Of a DNA stretch of 64,000 nucleotides, positions 56,201 through 64,000 are shown piece after piece; the stretch's first letter is position 1, and each line of letters opens with the position of its first letter. The notes beneath the pieces are model-generated. The model worked only from the letters and a program-made list of their open reading frames with translations, was not told the origin of the DNA and did no database searches. Both the position numbers and the translations under genes were made by a program. The DNA lies in the NCBI GenBank assembly GCA_964016885.1, contig OZ024744.1, forward strand, positions 18,104,001 to 18,168,000, written 5' to 3'. The stretch comes from Eledone cirrhosa. Lineage: Eukaryota.

Positions 56201-57760
56201 TTTCTGTATGTCTGTGTCACTGTGTACGTCACTGTATATTTCTGTATGTCTGTGTCAGTGTGTATGTCACTGGTTGATTCTGTATGTCTGTGTCACACTG
56301 TATATCACTGTATCTTTGTGTAGGTCTGTGTCACCGTGTATGTCACTGTATCTTTATGTATGTCTGTGTCACTGTATATGTCACTGTATCTTTGTGTATG
56401 TCTACGTCACTGTGTATGTCACTGTGTGTTTCTGTATGTCTGTGTCTTTGTGTATGTTACTGTACCTTTGTGTATGTATGTGTCACTGTGTATGTCACTG
56501 TGTGTTTCTGTATGTCTGTGTCACTGTGTATGTCACTGTGTGTTTCTGTATATCTGTGTCTCTGTGTATGTCACTGTATCTTTGTGTATTTCTGTGTCAC
56601 TGTGTATGTCACTGTAACGTTGTGTATCTCTGTGTCACTGTGTATGTCACTTATCTTTGTGTATGTCTGTGTCACTGTGTATGTCACTGTGTGTTTCTGT
56701 ATGTATGTGTCACGGTGTATGTCACTGTATGTTTGTGTATGTCTGTGTCACTGTGTATGTCACTGTATCTTTGTGTATGTCTGTGTCACTGTGTATGTTA
56801 CTGTGTGTTTCTGTATGTCTGTGTCACTGTGTTTGTCTTTGTGTGTTTCTGTATGTCTGTGTCACTGTGTATATCACTGTATGTTTGTGTGTGTCTGTGT
56901 CACTGTGTATGTCACTGTATGTCTCTGTATGTCTGTGTCACTGTCTATGTCACTGTGTGTTTGCCTGTGTATGTGTCACTGTGTATGTCACTGTGTGTTT
57001 CTGTATGTATGTGTCACCGTGTATGTCACTGTATCTTTGTGTATGCCTGTGTCACTGTGTATGTCACTGTGTGTTTCTGTATGTCGGTGTCACTGTGTAT
57101 GTCACTGTGTGTTTCTGTATGTTTGTGTCACTGTGTATGTCATTAAATGTTTGTGTGTGTCTGTGTCTCTGTGTATGTCACTGTGTGTTTGCGTATGTCT
57201 GTGTCACTCTGTATGTCACTGTATGTTTCTTAATGTTTGTGTCACTGTGTATGTCACTGTGTGTTTGCGTGTGTCTGTGTCACTGTGTATGTCACTGTGT
57301 GTTTCTGTATGTCTGTGTGACTGTGTATGTCACTCTGTGTTTGTGTATGTCTGTGTCACTGTGTGTGTTTCTGTATGTCTGTGTCACTGTGTATGTCATT
57401 GTATCTTTGTGTATGTATGTGTCACTGTGTATGTCACTGTATCATTGTGTATGTATGTGTCATTGTGTATGTCACTGTGTGTTTCTGTATGTTTGTGACA
57501 CTGTGTATGTCACTGTGTGGTTCTGTATATCTGTGTCTCTGTGTATGTTACTTTATCTTTGTGTATGTCTGTGTCACTGTGTATGTCACTGTATCTTTGT
57601 GTATGTCTGTGTCACGGTGTATATCACTGTATGTTTGTGTATGTCTGTGTCACTCTATATGTCACTGTATGTTTCTGTATGTATGTGTCACTGTGTATGT
57701 CAATGTGTGTTTCTGTATCTCTGTGTCACGGTGTATGTCACTGTATGTTTGTGTATGTCT
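53300..57760. repeat. Copy 1 of a ~6.0-6.3 kb-offset duplication at the right end
   Basis: ORF pairs 53875/59885 (offset 6010), 55309/61623 (6314) and 56136/62452 (6316). Private variants gttaggta, tttgaatgtg and tggttgattc are shared. Confidence 0.88.
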
Positions 57761-59309
57761 GTGTGACTGTATATGTCACTGTATGTTACAGTATGTCTGT
57801 GTCACTGTGTATGTCACTGTGTGTTTCTGTATGTCTGTGTCACTGTGTATGTCACTGTATATTTGTGTATGTCTGTGTCACTGTGTATGTCACTGTGTTT
57901 CTGTATGTCTGTGTCACTGTCTATGTCACTGTATGTTTCTGAATGTCTGTGTCACCGTGTATGTCACTGTATCTTTAAGTATGTCTGTGTCACTGTATAT
58001 GTCACTATATCTTTGTGTATGTCTACGTCACTGTGTATGTCACTGTGTGTTTCTGTATGTCTGTGTCTTTGTGTATGTCACTGTACCTTTCTGTATATCT
58101 GTGTCACTGTGTATGTCACTGTGTGTTTCTGTATGTCTGTGTCACTGTGTATGTCACTGTGTGTTTCTGTATATCTGTGTCTCTGTGTATGTCACTGTAA
58201 CGTTGTGTATCTGTGTCACTGTGTATGTCACTGTATCTTTGTGTATGTCTGTGTCACTGTGTATGTCACTGTGTGTTTCTGTATGTATGTGTCACGGTGT
58301 ATGTCACTGTATGTTTGTGTATGTCTGTGTCACTGTGTATGTCATTGTGAGTTTCTGTATGTCTGTGTCACTGTGTATGTCACTGTATATTTGTGTATGT
58401 CTGTGTCACTGTGTATGTCACTGTGTGTTTCTGTATGTCTGTGTCACTGTGTATGTCACTGTATCTCTCTGTATGTCTGTGTCACTGTCTATGTCGCTGT
58501 ATGTTTCTGAATGTCTGTGTCACTGTGTATGTCACTGTGTGTTTCTGTATGTCTGTGTCACGGTGTATGTCACTGTATGTTTGTGTGTGTCTATGTCACT
58601 GTGTATGTCACTGTGTGTTTCTGTATGTCTGTGTCACTGTCTATGTCACTGTATGTTTCTGAATGTCTGTGTCACTGTGTATGTCACTGTGTGTTTCTGT
58701 ATATCTGTGTCACGGTGTATGTCACTGAATGTTTGTGTGTGTCTGTGTCACTGTGTATGTCACTGTGTGTTTCTGTATATCTGTGTCACGGTGTATGTCA
58801 CTGAATGTTTGTGTGTGTCTGTGTCACTGTGTTTGTCACTGTGTGTTTCTGTATGTCTGTGTCACCGTGTATGTCACGGTATCTTTGTATATGCCTGTGT
58901 CACTGTGTATGTCACTGTGTGTTTCTGTATTTCTGTGTCACTGTGTATGTCACTGTGTGTTTCTGTATGTTTGTGTCACTGTGTATGTCACTAAATGTTT
59001 GTGTGTGTCTGTGTCTCTGTGTATGTCACTGTGTGTTTGCGTGTGTCTGTGTCACCGTGTATGTCACTGTGTGTTTCTGTATGTCTGTGTCACTGTGTAT
59101 GTCACCGTGTGTTTGTGTATGTCTGTGTCATTGTGTGTGTTTCTGTATGTCTGTGTCACTGTGTATGTCACTGTATGTTTCTGTATGTATGTGTCACTGT
59201 GTATGTCACTGTATCTTTGTGTATGTCTGTGTCACTCCGTATGTCACTGTGTGTTTCTGTATGTCTGTGTCAATGTGTATGTCACTGTGTGTTTCTGTAT
59301 GTCTGTGTC

Positions 59310-62300
59310 ACTGTGTATGTCACTGTGTGTTTCTGTATGTCTGTGTCACTGTCTATGTCACTGTATGTTTCTGAATGTCTGTGTCACTGTGTATGTCACT
59401 GTGTGTTTCTGTATATCTGTGTCACGGTGTATGTCACTGAATGTTTGTGTGTGTCTGCGTCACTGTGTATGTCACTGTGTGTTTCTGTATGTCTGTGTCT
59501 CTGTGTATGTAACTGTATCTTTGTGTATGTCGTTGTCACGGTGTATGTCACTAAATGTTTGTGTGTGTCTGTGTATCTGTGTATGTCACTGTGTGTTTGC
59601 GTGTGTCTGTGTCACTGTGTATGTCACTGTGTGTTTCTGTATGTCTGTGTGACTGTGTATGTCACTAGGTGTTTGTGTATGTCTGTGTCACTGCATGTTT
59701 CTGAATGTCTGTGTCACTGTGTATGTCACTGTGTGTTTCTGTATGTATGTGTCACCGTGTATGTCACTGTATCTTTGTGTATGCCTGTGTCACTGTGTAT
59801 GTCACTGTGTGTTTCTGTATGTCGGTGTCACTGTGTATGTCACTGTGTGTTTCTGTATGTTTGTGTCACTGTGTATGTCATTAAATGTTTGTGTGTGTCT
59901 GTGTCTCTGTGTATGTCACTGTGTGTTTGCGTGTGTCTGTGTCACTGTGTATGTCACTGTGTGTTTGTGTATGTCTGTGTGACTGTGTATGTCACTGTGT
60001 GTTTGTGTATGTCTGTGTCACTGTGTGTGTTTCTGTATGTCTGTGTCAATGTGTATGTCACTGTGTGTTTCTGTATGTCTGTGTCACTGTGTATGTCACT
60101 GTATGTTTCTGTATGTCTGTTTCACTGTGTATGTCACTGTGTGTTTCTGTATGTCTGTGTCACTCTGTATGTCACTGTATGTTTCTGAATGTTTGTGTCA
60201 CTGTGTATGTCCCTGTGTGTTTGCGTGTGTCTGTGTCACTGTGTATGTCACTGTCTGTTTCTGTATGTCTGTGTGACTGTGTATGTCACTCTGTCTTTGT
60301 GTATGTCTGTGTCACTGTGTGTGTTTCTGTATGTCTGTGTCACTGTGTATGTCATTGTATCTTTGTGTATGTATGTGTCACTGTGTGTGTCACTGTATCA
60401 TTGTGTATGTCTGTGTCATTGTGTATGTCACTGTGTGTTTCTGTATATCTGTGTCTCTGTGTATGTTACTTTATCTTTGTGTATGTCTGTGTCACTGTGT
60501 ATGTCACTGTATCTTTGTGTATGTCTGTGTCACGGTGTATATCACTGTATGTTTGTGTATGTCTGTGTCACTCTATATGGCACTGTATGTTTCTGTATGT
60601 ATGTGTCACTGTGTATGTCAATGTGTGTTTCTGTATCTCTGTGACACGGTGTATGTCACTGTATGTTTGTGTATGTATGTGTGACTGTGTATGTCACTGT
60701 ATGTTACATTATGTCTGTGTCACTGTGTATGTCACTGTGTGTTTCTGTATGTCTGTGTCACTGTGTATGTCACTGTATATTTGTGTATGTCTGTGTCACT
60801 GTGTATGTCACTGTGTGTTTCTGTATGTCTGTGTCACTGTCTATGTCACTGTATGTTTCTGAATGTCTGTGTCACCGTGTATGTCCCTGTATCTTTATGT
60901 ATGTCTGTGTCACTGTATATGTCACTGTATCTTTGTGTATGTCTACGTCACTGTGTATGTCACTGTGTGTTTCTGTATGTCTGTGTCTTTGTGTATGCCA
61001 CTGTACCTTTGTGTATGTCTGTGTCACTGTGTATGTCACTGTGTGTTTCTGTATGTCTGTGTCATTGTGTATGTCACTGTGTGTTTCTGTATATCTGTGT
61101 CTCTGTGTATGTCACTGTAACGTTGTGTATCTCTGTGTCACTGTGTATGTCACTGTATCTTTGTGTATGTCTGTGTCACTGTGTATGTCACTGTGTGTTT
61201 CTGTATGTATGTGTCACGGTGTATGTCACTGTATGTTTGTGTATGTCTGTGTCACTGTGTATGTCATTGTGAGTTTCTGTATGTCTGTGTCACTGTGTAT
61301 GTCACTGTATCTTTGTGTATGTCTGTGTCACTGTGTATGTCACTGTGTGTTTCTGTATGTCTGTGTCACTGTGTATGTCACTGTATCTCTCTGTATGTCT
61401 GTGTCACTGTCTATGTCACTGTATCTTTGTGTATGTCTGCGTCACTGTGTATGCCACTGTGTGTTTTTGTATGTCTGTGTCTCTGTGTATGTCACTGTAT
61501 CTTTGTGTATGTCTGTATCACTGTGTATGTCACTGTGTGTTTCTGTATGTCTGTGTCACTGTGTATGTCACTGTGTGTTTCTGTATGTCTGTGTCACTGT
61601 CTATGTCGCTGTATGTTTCTGAATGTCTGTGTCACTGTGTATGTCACTGTGTGTTTCTGTATGTCTGTGTCACGGTGTATGTCACTGTATGTTTGTGTGT
61701 GTCTATGTCACTTTGTATGTCACTGTGTGTTTCTGTATGTCTGTGTCACCGTGTATGTCAATGTATCTTTGTGTATGCCTGTGTCACTGTGTATGTCACT
61801 GTGTGTTTCTGTATGTCTGTGTCACTGTGTATGTCACTGTGTGTTTCTGTATGTCTGTGTCACTGTGTATGTCACTGTGTGTTTCTGTATGTCTGTGTCA
61901 CTGTCTATGTCGCTGTATGTTTCTGAATGTCTGTGTCAATGTGTATGTCACTGTGTGTTTCTGTATGTCTGTGTCACTGTCTATGTCACTGTATGTTTCT
62001 GAATGTATGTGTCACTGTGTATGTCACTGTGTGTTTCTGTATATCTGTGGCACGGTGTATGTCACTGAATGTTTGTGTGTGTCTGTGTCACTCTGTTTGT
62101 CACTGTGTGTTTCTGTATGTCTGTGTAACCGTGTATGTTAGGTATCTTTGTATATGCCTGTGTCACTGTGTATGTCACTGTGTGTTTCTGTATTTCTGTG
62201 TCACTGTGTATGTCACTGTGTGTTTCTGTATGTTTGTGTCACTGTGTATGTCACTAAATGTTTGTGTGTGTCTGTGTCTCTGTGTATGTCACTGTGTGTT

Positions 62301-64000
62301 TGCGTGTGTCTGTGTCACTGTGTATGTCACTGTGTGTTTCTGTATGTCTGTGTGACTGTGTATGTCACTCTGTGTTTGTGCATGTCTGTGTCACTGTGTG
62401 TGTTTCTGTATGTCTGTGTCACTGTGTATGTCATTGTATCTTTGTGTTTGAATGTGTCACTGTGTATGTCACTGTGTGTTTGTGTATACCTGTGTCACTG
62501 TGTATGTTACTGTGAGTTTCTGTATGTCTGTGTCACTGTGTACGTCACTGTATATTTCTGTATGTCTGTGTCAGTGTGTATGTCACTGGTTGATTCTGTA
62601 TGTCTGTGTCACACTGTATATCACTGTATCTTTGTGTAGGTCTGTGTCACCGTGTATGTCACTGTATCTTTATGTATGTCTGTGTCACTGTATATGTCAC
62701 TGTATCTTTGTGTATGTCTACGTCACTGTGTATGTCACTGTGTGTTTCTGTATGTCTGTGTCTTTGTGTATGTTACTGTACCTTTGTGTATGTATGTGTC
62801 ACTGTGTATGTCACTGTGTGTTTCTGTATGTCTGTGTCACTGTGTATGTCACTGTGTGTTTCTGTATATCTGTGTCTCTGTGTATGTCACTGTATCTTTG
62901 TGTATGTCTGTGTCACTGTGTATGTCACTGTAACGTTGTGTATCTCTGTGTCACTGTGTATGTCACTTATCTTTGTGTATGTCTGTGTCACTGTGTATGT
63001 CACTGTGTGTTTCTGTATGTATGTGTCACGGTGTATGTCACTGTATGTTTGTGTATGTCTGTGTCACTGTGTATGTCACTGTATCTTTGTGTATGTCTGT
63101 GTCACTGTGTATGTTACTGTGTGTTTCTGTATGTCTGTGTCACTGTGTTTGTCTTTGTGTGTTTCTGTATGTCTGTGTCACTGTGTATATCACTGTATGT
63201 TTGTGTGTGTCTGTGTCACTGTGTATGTCACTGTATGTCTCTGTATGTCTGTGTCACTGTCTATGTCACTGTGTGTTTGCCTGTGTATGTGTCACTGTGT
63301 ATGTCACTGTGTGTTTCTGTATGTCGGTGTCACTGTGTATGTCACTGTGTGTTTCTGTATGTTTGTGTCACTGTGTATGTCATTAAATGTTTGTGTGTGT
63401 CTGTGTCTCTGTGTATGTCACTGTGTGTTTGCGTATGTCTGTGTCACTCTGTATGTCACTGTATGTTTCTTAATGTTTGTGTCACTGTGTATGTCACTGT
63501 GTGTTTGCGTGTGTCTGTGTCACTGTGTATGTCACTGTGTGTTTCTGTATGTCTGTGTGACTGTGTATGTCACTCTGTGTTTGTGTATGTCTGTGTCACT
63601 GTGTGTGTTTCTGTATGTCTGTGTCACTGTGTATGTCATTGTATCTTTGTGTATGTATGTGTCACTGTGTATGTCACTGTATCATTGTGTATGTATGTGT
63701 CATTGTGTATGTCACTGTGTGTTTCTGTATGTTTGTGACACTGTGTATGTCACTGTGTGGTTCTGTATATCTGTGTCTCTGTGTATGTTACTTTATCTTT
63801 GTGTATGTCTGTGCAACTGTGTATGTCACTGTATCTTTGTGTATGTCTGTGTCACGGTGTATATCACTGTATGTTTGTGTATGTCTGTGTCACTCTATAT
63901 GTCACTGTATTTTTCTGTATGTATGTGTCACTGTGTATGTCAATGTGTGTTTCTGTATCTCTGTGTCACGGTGTATGTCACTGTATGTTTGTGTATGTCT
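59310..64000. repeat. Copy 2 of the right-end duplication, truncated by the window end
   Basis: Collinear with about 53300-57760, with offsets stepping 6010, 6314, 6316, 6240. Confidence 0.88.

Larger units (their letters stand above)
1..64000. repeat. Tandem satellite/minisatellite array of a degenerate 38-bp monomer (GTCACTGTGTAT-GTCACTGTGTGT-TTCTGTATGTCTGT), about 1,700 monomers, running off both ends of the window
   Basis: The monomer is readable throughout (consensus run at about 1077-1152). All copies are head-to-tail in one orientation. 26-bp variants (one 12-mer lost) and 28-bp variants are interspersed. Copy number is estimated as 64000/38. Confidence 0.99.

Noticed and set aside
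9-63738. Hundreds of plus-strand Cys/Val/His-rich ORFs up to 757 aa, superficially metallothionein-, keratin-associated- or zinc-finger-like
   Set aside because: The consensus monomer has no stop in any plus frame and 38 is not a multiple of 3, so all three frames give the same 38-aa cycle ([38 protein letters not shown]). The ORFs overlap in all frames and end at random variants. The minus strand is closed because each GTCAC gives TGA.
1-64000. CRISPR array (repeat length of 26-38 bp)
   Set aside because: The units abut directly with no unique spacers, leader or cas genes.
1-64000. Immunoglobulin/TCR locus or RAG signal joints
   Set aside because: There are no V, D or J coding segments between the RSS-like units, all units face the same way, and I saw no head-to-head CACTGTGCACAGTG joints.
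1-64000. Telomeric repeat, G-quadruplex, long Z-DNA or poly(UG) tract
   Set aside because: There are no TTAGGG-type units and GG is rare. Purine-pyrimidine alternation is broken about every 10 bp by CT, TC or TT steps, and pure GT runs are short.
1-64000. Transposon insertion, inversion or array boundary
   Set aside because: I saw no non-monomer sequence or strand switch anywhere. The plus strand stays T/G-rich throughout.
1-64000. Assignment to a named satellite family, species, centromere or germline-eliminated DNA
   Set aside because: I do not recognise the monomer with confidence. This would need Dfam/Repbase/BLAST searches and genomic context.
1-64000. Sequencing or low-complexity artefact, or synthetic sequence
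   Set aside because: Private variants are faithfully shared across nested duplications at several scales, as expected of a naturally evolving satellite.

Overview
The whole 64 kb window is one uninterrupted, single-orientation tandem array (satellite/minisatellite) of a degenerate 38-bp monomer, consensus GTCACTGTGTATGTCACTGTGTGTTTCTGTATGTCTGT. I see no unique sequence, genes, RNA genes, mobile elements or CRISPR spacers. The overlapping Cys/Val-rich plus-strand ORFs are artefacts of a monomer with no stop codon in any plus frame. The array is layered: an (NT)n dinucleotide register, 12+12+14 bp sub-repeats, 38-bp monomers of two main types, multi-monomer cassettes, 1.3-1.5 kb duplications on the left, a ~6 kb higher-order period on the right, and a recent ~14 kb tandem duplication (about 25.0-39.05 kb and 39.05-52.57 kb). 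The most striking observation is that, on the minus strand, the consensus monomer parses exactly as CACAGTG + 22-bp spacer + ACAGAAACA (7+22+9 = 38), the layout of a V(D)J recombination signal sequence (RSS). This could be chance in CA-rich DNA and needs testing. The organism cannot be identified from the sequence, though it is probably a eukaryote. All coordinates were read by eye or from ORF-track offsets, so boundaries are approximate.
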